Part shown: positions 1 through 7,588 of the stretch, piece after piece | Numbering within the stretch: position 1 is the first letter of the stretch | Layout: every line of letters begins with the position of its first letter | The notes under the pieces: generated by a model | Told to the model about the DNA's origin: nothing | Seen by the model: the letters and a program-made list of their open reading frames with translations, nothing else | Databases searched by the model: none | Source of the DNA: Aciduliprofundum boonei T469 | GTDB lineage: Archaea > Thermoplasmatota > Thermoplasmata > Thermoplasmatales > Aciduliprofundaceae | Assembly: GCF_000025665.1 (NCBI RefSeq) | Contig: NC_013926.1 | Coordinates: 300,001-332,000 of the forward strand | DNA length: 32,000 nucleotides | Direction: 5' to 3' | Translations under genes and position numbers: made by a program

Positions 1-1635
1 GTGTTTTTCAAGCATGTGGGGTTAAATGTAGCGGCGGATGCGTTCATGACAACAGCGTACATAGGCACCAACGGAGGATTGGTCATATTAACGGCAGATG
101 ACCCGAGCATGCATTCCTCGCAGAACGAGCAGGACAATAGGCATTATGCCATGCTCTCCGGCATGCCTATGATTGAACCATCCAACGCACAGGAGATGAA
201 GGATTTCATCAAGGAAGCATTTGAGATTTCGGAAAAACTGAAACTTCCTGTGTTATTCCGCACAACAACTCGCGTCAATCATGTTAGAGGCATAGTGGAT
301 TATGGAGAGATGAAAGAGAAGAGAGGAAAGGGTTATTTCAAGAAGGATCCAAAGAGGTATGTGCCCGTGCCCGAGAACTCAAGGAGAATGCATAAAGCAC
401 TTCTTGAGAAGATAGAAAAAGCTAGAGAGTTAAGTAACAGCTCTCCGTTAAACAGGGTTGAGTGGAACGATGGAGAGGTGGGAATAATAACGAGTGGAGT
501 CGCGTACAATTATGTTTACGATGTCGCCAATCAACTGGGCTTAAAGGTGAACATCCTGAAACTAGCCTTCACGCATCCATTCCCCGATGAATTGGTTAAA
601 GATTTCATCTCAAAGCACAAGAAAATCATAATTGCGGAGGAATTAGAGCCATACCTGGAGAGGGAGACTAGGATAGTGGCTGAGATGAACAACATCGATG
701 TGGAGATTTACGGAAAGCTCAACGGCTACTTCCCAAGGGCTTACGAGTACAATCCAGATGTGATAAAAGACGCTTTTGAGAAGATTTTAGGCATTAAGGT
801 TGAGAGAAAGGCCTATGAGCCAAAGCCCGTGGAGCTTCCAGCGAGGCCACCTGTGCTCTGTCCCGGCTGCCCTCACAGAGCCACATACTACGCAGCTATG
901 ATGGCTCTCAAACAGCTCAAAATCAAAGACGCCATAATAACCACGGATATCGGTTGCTATACCCTGGGCATACAGAAGCCCTACGAAATGGCAGATTACC
1001 TGCTCTGCATGGGCTCAAGCATAGGTACAGCAGTTGGCTTCTCCAAGGCAACGGAGCAGAAGGTGATTGGTTTCGTGGGCGATTCAACCTTCTTCCACGC
1101 CGCAATACCCGGGCTCATAGATGCGTACCACAATCGTGCAAATCTCGTCTATGTCATTCTGGATAATAGGACTACGGCGATGACTGGGCATCAGCCGCAT
1201 CCAGGATTGCCCATGGACGGAATGGGCAACAAGGCACCCTATGTGGATATAGAGAAATTAGTGCGTGGCATCGGTATTGACTGGGTTCGCACCGTGGACC
1301 CCTACGATGTCAATGAAACCATAAAGGTCTTCAAGGAGGCAATCCAGCACGAGGGAATTTCGGTGATAATAGCAAAGAGAGAGTGCGCATTACTCTGGGA
1401 TGCTGCCAGGCGCAAGCAGGGAGAGTGGTGGGTGTACGAGATAAATCAGGATAAATGCACGCAGTGTGGAATATGCTCTGACTGGCTCGCCTGCGTTGCC
1501 ATATACAAGGACAAGGATGATCTGGCTCCTAATGGAAAGCCAAGGGTGTACATTAATAATGCTCTTTGTGATGGATGTGGAGTTTGCGCCACAGTTTGCC
1601 CATTTAACGCTATTGAGAAGAAGGTGATAAAATGA
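1..1635 (+). CDS. iorA: Indolepyruvate:ferredoxin oxidoreductase alpha subunit; the 5' end lies upstream of the window (544 codons visible)
   Basis: Frame is open from base 1. TPP-binding region GDSTFFH...LDNRTTAMTGHQ. C-terminal two ferredoxin-type Cys clusters (CTQCGICSDWLAC and CDGCGVCATVCP). ATGA stop/start overlap with the next gene. Confidence 0.9.
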   Translation: MFFKHVGLNVAADAFMTTAYIGTNGGLVILTADDPSMHSSQNEQDNRHYAMLSGMPMIEPSNAQEMKDFIKEAFEISEKLKLPVLFRTTTRVNHVRGIVDYGEMKEKRGKGYFKKDPKRYVPVPENSRRMHKALLEKIEKARELSNSSPLNRVEWNDGEVGIITSGVAYNYVYDVANQLGLKVNILKLAFTHPFPDELVKDFISKHKKIIIAEELEPYLERETRIVAEMNNIDVEIYGKLNGYFPRAYEYNPDVIKDAFEKILGIKVERKAYEPKPVELPARPPVLCPGCPHRATYYAAMMALKQLKIKDAIITTDIGCYTLGIQKPYEMADYLLCMGSSIGTAVGFSKATEQKVIGFVGDSTFFHAAIPGLIDAYHNRANLVYVILDNRTTAMTGHQPHPGLPMDGMGNKAPYVDIEKLVRGIGIDWVRTVDPYDVNETIKVFKEAIQHEGISVIIAKRECALLWDAARRKQGEWWVYEINQDKCTQCGICSDWLACVAIYKDKDDLAPNGKPRVYINNALCDGCGVCATVCPFNAIEKKVIK

Positions 1636-2213
1636 ATACGAGCATAATTTTCGCAGGAGTTGGAGGTCAGGGGGTGCTAACCGCATCGAGCATCGTGGGA
1701 AAGGCAGCTTTGCTATCAGGCATAAATGTGGTTATGAGCGAAGTTCACGGCATGGCCCAGCGTGGAGGAATCGTCGTGACTGAGATGAAAATCGGCGAGG
1801 CAAAGAGCCCACTCATAGGCAAGGGAGAGGCCGACATAATTGTAGGCTTCGAGCCCGTGGAAGCGTACAGGGCACTCCCCAAAGCGCATAAGGGAAGTTA
1901 TGTTATAGTTAATACCGAACCGATAATTCCAATAACTGCCTCTCTTGGAGATTCTTCCTATCCAGAAGTAAATGAGCTCTTGGAAAATATGAAGGACTTG
2001 AATGTTATACCCATAGAGGCCACGGAGCTCGCTAGAAAGGCGGGAGATTCTATAACAACGAACATAGTCATGCTCGGTGCCCTTGTAAAACTCCCAATAT
2101 TCCCTATAGAAAAGGAAAAAATAAAGGAGGCAATAAAGCAAAGCATAAATCCACGGTACCACGAATTGAACTTTAAAGCTTTTGAGATGGGCTACGAAGC
2201 TGTAGAGATTTAA
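1632..2213 (+). CDS. iorB: Indolepyruvate:ferredoxin oxidoreductase beta subunit
   Basis: 193 aa. N-terminal GVGGQGV loop typical of the gamma/IorB domain of 2-oxoacid:ferredoxin oxidoreductases. ATGA overlap with iorA at 1632-1635. Confidence 0.85.
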   Translation: MNTSIIFAGVGGQGVLTASSIVGKAALLSGINVVMSEVHGMAQRGGIVVTEMKIGEAKSPLIGKGEADIIVGFEPVEAYRALPKAHKGSYVIVNTEPIIPITASLGDSSYPEVNELLENMKDLNVIPIEATELARKAGDSITTNIVMLGALVKLPIFPIEKEKIKEAIKQSINPRYHELNFKAFEMGYEAVEI

Positions 2214-2719
2214 TACCTCTTATATTGTTTTTCTTCCATCTTTCTATTCCATAGGAGCAAAACAAATGCTATCACTACAATTATCATACCAAGGCAGCAA
2301 ACTCCACCAGATGCGTAAATACCGTACATAAGAGTATTCATCAAACTTTCCTCAGATATTAGAACCGCTACTTCTGCATCTGTGTTTTCATCATTCTTTA
2401 TAACCAACTCATATTGTCCGTTTGCATTGGTTATATTTATGGAGTACGCATTTGTATCATTTCCTTGAGATAACAATGTGCCATTAGGCGCATAAAATTC
2501 ATAGGATATATTGGTGGGAGAACTTATCAAAATGGAATAATTCCCAGTCAAATTTATGGATATGCTCTTGGAAGAATTAGCTCCTACCTTGATAACTTTA
2601 GTTTCTTTAATTCCGTTAGCATAAAATACACCTAAAATCACAACCGCAACCACGATTAGAATCACACCAATTAAGAGCAGAATTGTAGATTTTCGCATAA
2701 TAAAATATTGAATGCGCAT
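2210..2719 (-). CDS. Hypothetical bitopic surface protein: N-terminal TM/signal anchor, beta-rich ectodomain with several N-x-S/T sequons, C-terminal TM helix
   Basis: ATG at 2719 (alternative ATG at 2698). Hydrophobic stretches STILLLIGVILIVVAVVILGVF and GGVCCLGMIIVVIAFVLLLW. Sequons NSS, NLT, NYS, NIS, NGT, NDT, NIT. No family recognised. Confidence 0.6.
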   Translation of the reverse strand: MRIQYFIMRKSTILLLIGVILIVVAVVILGVFYANGIKETKVIKVGANSSKSISINLTGNYSILISSPTNISYEFYAPNGTLLSQGNDTNAYSINITNANGQYELVIKNDENTDAEVAVLISEESLMNTLMYGIYASGGVCCLGMIIVVIAFVLLLWNRKMEEKQYKRY

Positions 2720-2769
2720 ATATTAAGATTTTTCAAAAGAATTAAATAAGCTTTGAGCATATTTATCTT

Positions 2770-3741
2770 GTGGATTACATTTCTGCAGGAGACATTGAAA
2801 AGTACTCGTACTGCCCATTGAGCTGGTGGCTGAGCAGGAATGAAAAGCATAAGGAAAATGAGGGTGTGAGAAGGCACAGGGAAATCAGCAAGGGAGCTGC
2901 AGATATGAAGAAAAAATACAAACAGATGAAAGAGTTTGAGAGCATGGCCATTTATTTTTCCATAGGTGCCACAATAATATCTCTTGTGGGCATATCCTTC
3001 ATATACACTTCACCCATACTAAGCAGGATGTTCATTCTTTTCTCAATTTTATGGCTGGGCTTCTCCTTTTATTTGCTATGGAAGGCAGATAAATATGCTA
3101 TTTTAGTGGAGAGAAAAAATGCAGAGAGAATTATGGTTATAGCATCGGCAGCAGCCACAACATTCTCGATATTTTCGGTAACATTCATTCTTCCCCCAAA
3201 TTACACCCTCGGCTATGTTCTGGAAGTTCTATCCCTCCTATGGCTCGTATTTGCCACTTATTTTCTCTATATGGCTATGAAAAGAGATATCCAATACAAT
3301 GAGATTAAGAAAAAACTACAGCTTCCAGATGGGGAAATTGTATACATTGATGATTTGCAAAAGAGCCCCATACTGAAAAGCGAGAAATACAAAATATGGG
3401 GAAGACCTGATTTACTCATAAAAATGGGAGATGATTATATTCCAGTGGAAATAAAGACAGGTAGAGTGCCCAGGGGCCCGCATTTTTCGCATATTATGCA
3501 ACTTACAGCATACATGGTGCTTGTGGAGGAAAATTACAAGACTCCACCTTATGGATTACTCAAATATGGTCCAGTGATATATAAAATTGAATATGAGGAG
3601 GACTTGAAGAACATAATGCTCCAAAAGGTAAAGGAGATGAGGGAAGCGCTGAAAACTGGAGAGGTGCATAGGAATCATAACAAAGTTGGAAAATGCCTGC
3701 ACTGCTCTCGCAGAGAACTGTGTCCAGAGAGATTGAGTTAG
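2770..3741 (+). CDS. Cas4/RecB-family PD-(D/E)XK nuclease with a 4-Cys Fe-S signature, interrupted by four predicted TM helices
   Basis: GTG start; there is no in-frame ATG before the conserved N-terminal motif. The N-terminal sequence YSYCPLSWW carries Cys15. Nuclease core GRPDLL...IPVEIKTGR (D214, E227, K229), then QLTAY. C-terminal CLHCSRRELC matches C-x2-C-x5-C. Four hydrophobic segments lie at about aa 59-79, 84-104, 121-141 and 147-169, between Cys15 and the core. Confidence 0.75.
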   Translation: MDYISAGDIEKYSYCPLSWWLSRNEKHKENEGVRRHREISKGAADMKKKYKQMKEFESMAIYFSIGATIISLVGISFIYTSPILSRMFILFSILWLGFSFYLLWKADKYAILVERKNAERIMVIASAAATTFSIFSVTFILPPNYTLGYVLEVLSLLWLVFATYFLYMAMKRDIQYNEIKKKLQLPDGEIVYIDDLQKSPILKSEKYKIWGRPDLLIKMGDDYIPVEIKTGRVPRGPHFSHIMQLTAYMVLVEENYKTPPYGLLKYGPVIYKIEYEEDLKNIMLQKVKEMREALKTGEVHRNHNKVGKCLHCSRRELCPERLS

Positions 3742-3789
3742 GGAAAATTTAAAATTGAATGATGAGATATTTGGCAGAGGTGATGAAAA

Positions 3790-4473
3790 ATGAAGATAAC
3801 TTGGCTTGGGCACTCTGCATTTCTAATAGAGGAAAATGGGAAGAAGGTACTAGTGGACCCATTTATAACGGGCAACGATGCAGCACCTGTTAAGCCCGAT
3901 GATATTGATTGCGATATAATTGCTGTCACCCATGGGCACGGAGACCATCTTGGTGATGCAATATTCATCTCAAAGCGCAAGAATGTTCCAATAGTGGCAA
4001 TTTACGAGTTAGGACAATATATATCTTCAAAGGGTGCAGATGCAATCGGAATGAATTTCAGCGGCACATACGAGCAGGATGGCATACGCCTAACCATGGT
4101 TCCCGCCCTCCATTCTGCAGGCATTACAGAGAGCAATTTCTCTTACGATGGTGGCTTGCCGGCAGGATTCATAATTGAGATAAACGGAAAGAAAGTCTAT
4201 CACGCAGGAGATACGGGACTTTTCGGAGATATGAAAATCATAGGGGATATATACAAGCCAGATGTAGCCTTATTGCCCATTGGAGGTCTATTCACCATGG
4301 ATACAAAATTGGCGGTAATTGCGGCAAAGTGGATCAAGCCAAAGTATGTTATTCCAATGCATTACAACACCTGGCCTCCCATACAAGCAGATCCAGAAGA
4401 GATGAGAGAAGAGCTTGAAAATGAAGGTATGAAATTGATAATACTCAAGCCCGGTGAGAGTTTTTCCTTCTAA
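3790..4473 (+). CDS. UPF0173-type metal-dependent hydrolase (metallo-beta-lactamase fold)
   Basis: MKITWLGHSAFLIE...VDPF...VTHGHGDHLGD (HxHxDH metal motif). 227 aa. GAGGTGAT Shine-Dalgarno-like element 5 nt upstream of the ATG. Confidence 0.85.
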   Translation: MKITWLGHSAFLIEENGKKVLVDPFITGNDAAPVKPDDIDCDIIAVTHGHGDHLGDAIFISKRKNVPIVAIYELGQYISSKGADAIGMNFSGTYEQDGIRLTMVPALHSAGITESNFSYDGGLPAGFIIEINGKKVYHAGDTGLFGDMKIIGDIYKPDVALLPIGGLFTMDTKLAVIAAKWIKPKYVIPMHYNTWPPIQADPEEMREELENEGMKLIILKPGESFSF

Positions 4474-4528
4474 AATTTTTATCTTTTTAAGCGAAAATAC
4501 TTTATTAGTGCAGTACTTCCTCTTTCTA

Positions 4529-4915
4529 ATGTCATGGAGCAAGATGAGGGAATACATATTGCACATAAGCTTAGCATTGTTCATTTGGGGTTTATACTGG
4601 ACAATAACAGGCGGGTACTGGGTATTACAATCCACAGGATTCATAAAAAAAGATCCGGGGATGGATTACTTAACCGCATGGGCAGGAGACTGGAACTACT
4701 GGTTCTTGATAATCGGTGTTTTTATAGCCATAGCAGGCGGATGGTATGTATTTGACACTCTCAGAAAAAGACTGAAATTTGAAGAGTATATAAACTCTGA
4801 GAGCAAAAGAGAATTTGTGAACAATCTTAGAGAACTGGAAGAAATATCATACAAGCTTGGAGAGAAGTATCAAAATAGGTTGGAAGAGAAAAAGAGAGAA
4901 TGGAGAGTAAAGTAA
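4529..4915 (+). CDS. Small membrane protein (2 TM helices + charged C-terminal helix), hypothetical
   Basis: The track ORF opens at GTG 4454, inside the upstream gene. ATG 4529 (or 4544) is more plausible. TM segments YILHISLALFIWGLYW and WFLIIGVFIAIAGGWYVF. Its 3' end overlaps the next gene's ATG by 16 nt. Confidence 0.55.
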   Translation: MSWSKMREYILHISLALFIWGLYWTITGGYWVLQSTGFIKKDPGMDYLTAWAGDWNYWFLIIGVFIAIAGGWYVFDTLRKRLKFEEYINSESKREFVNNLRELEEISYKLGEKYQNRLEEKKREWRVK

Positions 4916-6735
4916 TTTTTCTGGTTATTATCCTCCTTCTCATTCCGTATTCTCATGGAGAGATTGGAGAAAACGCTGCCAAGGAGCATCTTTTAATATA
5001 TGAAGCAAGCCCGTATCCCTACGCAAAAACAGATATGGAATATGTTTGCATTTTTAACCCATTAAATGTAAAAATAAATTTAAACGGTTATTTTATAACT
5101 GATTTTGAAGGTAAGCTTATTCTCCACGGCTCAATTACACCTAATTCAAAAATATACATAGCCCAAAATTCTTCATCTTTCCTTAACTTTATGGGTTTCT
5201 ATCCAAATTACACATACGCAGAGCTCAAAGATGGTAAATTCTCCCTAGCAAACAAGGGTGACGAAATTGCCCTTTACAACGGGTCAAAAATGGTGGACAT
5301 GGTGATTTATGGAAATTCAAAATACAATGGCACAGGATGGATTGGCAAGCCATTAAAACTAACCCAGGGACATATAATTAGAAGAAAAAATCTAATAGAT
5401 ACAAATACACCCAAAGATTGGAGCACATACCATGTAATAGGTCAAAGTGATTTTAAGCCAGAAGTATTCAAAGCATCTTTGGAAATATTTCCCTATCCTG
5501 ATAAATGGAAAGAGGTTTTGAGATTCACTAAAGAAGCAAAAAGCAAAATTCTCATAGAATCTTACACAATGGATAGCCTCGCCCTTGAAAAAGTGCTTGA
5601 AGAAAAATTGAAAGATGGTGTTGAAGTAAATATACTATTGGACGGCTCTCCAATCGGGGGCATTAAAGATTCGGAAAAATACATCTTGCAGAGGTTATAT
5701 TTAAAGGGTGCAAATATAAAATTCATGATCAACGAGCCCTCCAAAGGCATATACGACAGATACACATTCTTGCATGCAAAGTTCATAATAGTTGATGATG
5801 ATAAAGTACTTGTATCAACTGAAAATTTTGGAGATTCGTCCCTATCACCTTGTGGAAATAGGGGATATGGAGTTATAGTTAGAAACGAGAATTTTGCAAG
5901 GTACATGGTAAGGGTATTTTACGATGATTCTAAAAATGTAGAAGACATAGAGAATTATTCCGGCTATTTCCAAAATGTAAGTTTAGAGGAAAATAGAATA
6001 GAATTGCGAAGAGCAACATTTAGCAGTGTGAATCTCACCGCCTATATAGAGCCACTAATAGCACCCGATTTCTCATATGCTCTCTTCCAAAGCTTTGTAT
6101 CGGGGCAGAGAGACCTTAAAATAGAGGCTCTCTACATAGACAATAATGTTTGGAATATGTTGAAAAATAAAACATATCGAGCTTTAGTTCAATACAGAAG
6201 GGAAGGAGAGAATGCAAGGTTGTTTGATGGATACGAGCATTACATTCCATATCTACATGCAAAGCTGATTATCGGGGATTCTTCCGTACTTGTTGGAAGT
6301 ATGAACTTTGGAATATCCTCCATGCTTAGGAACAGAGAAGTATCCCTGATAATAAAAAGCAAAAATGCGGCAAATTATCTATCAAAAATATTTGATTACG
6401 ATTGGGACGGAAAATACAAGCCCATAATATTCGCCCATATAATTGAAGAGAAAAATGAGTTAACTATAGATTTATCAAAAAGCGTTGGAAATATAAAGGA
6501 CTACATAATTTATGTTGATGGAAAGAAAATTTATGAGACAAACGATGCAATTATTCACTTAAAATTAGGTTCGGGAGTTCATAAGATAAAAATCATTGCC
6601 ATAGATTACTGGGGAAATACTGCAAGTTTGGAGAAAAATGTAAAAATTGAAGGGAGTACATTTGATCCGAGACTCATAATACTCTTAGTATTTCTTGCAT
6701 TCTTCTTGTATGAAATTTGGAAGAATCATGGATGA
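4900..6735 (+). CDS. Surface-anchored phospholipase D superfamily protein: signal peptide + lamin-tail domain (LTD) + two HKD motifs + Ig-like domain + C-terminal TM anchor
   Basis: Signal peptide MESKVIFLVIILLLIPYSHG. LTD-like LLIYEASPYP...EYVCIFNP...INLNGYFITD...KGDEIALYNG...DMVIYG. HKD motifs LHAKFIIVDDDKVLVSTENFG (His at nt 5773) and LHAKLIIGDSSVLVGSMNFG (His at nt 6256). C-terminal LIILLVFLAFFLYEIW. Confidence 0.85.
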   Translation: MESKVIFLVIILLLIPYSHGEIGENAAKEHLLIYEASPYPYAKTDMEYVCIFNPLNVKINLNGYFITDFEGKLILHGSITPNSKIYIAQNSSSFLNFMGFYPNYTYAELKDGKFSLANKGDEIALYNGSKMVDMVIYGNSKYNGTGWIGKPLKLTQGHIIRRKNLIDTNTPKDWSTYHVIGQSDFKPEVFKASLEIFPYPDKWKEVLRFTKEAKSKILIESYTMDSLALEKVLEEKLKDGVEVNILLDGSPIGGIKDSEKYILQRLYLKGANIKFMINEPSKGIYDRYTFLHAKFIIVDDDKVLVSTENFGDSSLSPCGNRGYGVIVRNENFARYMVRVFYDDSKNVEDIENYSGYFQNVSLEENRIELRRATFSSVNLTAYIEPLIAPDFSYALFQSFVSGQRDLKIEALYIDNNVWNMLKNKTYRALVQYRREGENARLFDGYEHYIPYLHAKLIIGDSSVLVGSMNFGISSMLRNREVSLIIKSKNAANYLSKIFDYDWDGKYKPIIFAHIIEEKNELTIDLSKSVGNIKDYIIYVDGKKIYETNDAIIHLKLGSGVHKIKIIAIDYWGNTASLEKNVKIEGSTFDPRLIILLVFLAFFLYEIWKNHG

Positions 6736-7500
6736 ATGATAAATCTCTTCATTGAAATATCTCGTTTTAAAATTCAAAGGCCTTCTAAGTTTTATTTCTT
6801 CATCACTCGCCATAACAAAACTCCACATCCCGCTTGGATAAGTGGGTATATATGCAAGATATATCTTCACATTCTCAAAGCTCTTACTTAGGCTTCTTCT
6901 AACTTTGCACACTTCTTCTGGGTGATAAAATGGAGTGCCGCATTGCTGTGATATTATCCCCCCATCTGCCAAGGATTTTTTAACATTCATATAAAACTCC
7001 TCTGTAAACAACCCTTCAGCTGGACCAACGGGATCGGTGGAATCAATTATTATTACATCAAAATTTTTGTTTTTCTTTACAAATTCTATTCCATTTTCTA
7101 TGTGCAAATGCAATTTGGGGTTTTCATAACTTGAGGCTACGCTTGGCAAATGTTTTCTGGCAATTTTAACAACCTCTTCATCAATTTCTACTAAATGCAC
7201 TTCATCCACATCATGCTTTAAAACTTCCCTTGCAGCGCCCCCATCACCTCCCCCAATAATCAAAATTTTTCTTGGATTTCTATGCGTGAGCAAAGGAGGA
7301 TGAACTATCATTTCATGATATATGAACTCATCCCTCTCAGTCATCTGAACAGTTCCATCAATAACAAGCAATTTTCCATAATCATAGGTATCGAAGAGAT
7401 GAATATCCTGATAATCAGAATGAACATGCCCAATTTCCTCTTTTATTCTGAATCCAATCTTTATATTTTTAGTATGCATCTCCGAGTACCAGAGCTCCAT
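6685..7500 (-). CDS. speE: Spermidine synthase (aminopropyltransferase)
   Basis: 271 aa. WYSE...DGTVQMTERDEFIYHEM...ILIIGGGDGG...VEIDEEV...IIIDSTDPVGPAEGLF matches the SpeE signature throughout. Confidence 0.9.
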   Translation of the reverse strand: MELWYSEMHTKNIKIGFRIKEEIGHVHSDYQDIHLFDTYDYGKLLVIDGTVQMTERDEFIYHEMIVHPPLLTHRNPRKILIIGGGDGGAAREVLKHDVDEVHLVEIDEEVVKIARKHLPSVASSYENPKLHLHIENGIEFVKKNKNFDVIIIDSTDPVGPAEGLFTEEFYMNVKKSLADGGIISQQCGTPFYHPEEVCKVRRSLSKSFENVKIYLAYIPTYPSGMWSFVMASDEEIKLRRPLNFKTRYFNEEIYHSSMILPNFIQEECKKY

Positions 7501-7520
7501 AATTTGGTCAAATTTAGCAG

Positions 7521-7562
7521 ATATTTTAAACTTTTGCGAAGAATTACAATAACTTTTTTATA
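7521..7562. promoter_or_regulatory. Divergent promoter region: TATA-like boxes for speE (atattttaaa, 7521-7530, read on minus) and aglB (tttttata, 7555-7562)
   Basis: Each A/T box lies about 21-34 nt from its start codon (7500 and 7589). This is the spacing expected for archaeal TATA boxes driving leaderless or near-leaderless mRNAs. No experimental support. Confidence 0.3.
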
Positions 7563-7588
7563 GGAAATGCAATATCGCTACCCACACG

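Noticed and set aside
1716-2162. 148-aa and 62-aa ORFs antisense to iorB
   Set aside because: Same reasoning. The sense frame is a well-defined IorB, and the antisense frames have no features.
3759-3786. Possible C/D-box sRNA (ATGATGA at 3759-3765 and GTGATGA at 3780-3786)
   Set aside because: No CTGA D or D' boxes at the required spacing, and no terminal stem. The second element is better explained as the GAGGTGAT ribosome-binding site of the MBL hydrolase gene.
4454-4528. Upstream extension (GTG 4454) of the small membrane protein ORF
   Set aside because: It would overlap the MBL hydrolase gene by 20 nt and add an implausible N-terminus (MRVFPSKIFIFLSENTLL…) encoded by what looks like intergenic, A/T-rich promoter-like sequence. 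ATG 4529 or 4544 fits better.
7282-7563. 93-aa ORF antisense to the speE 5' end that reaches into the divergent promoter region
   Set aside because: It overlaps the highly conserved SpeE N-terminal coding region on the opposite strand and has no distinctive features. It would also run through both TATA-like boxes.
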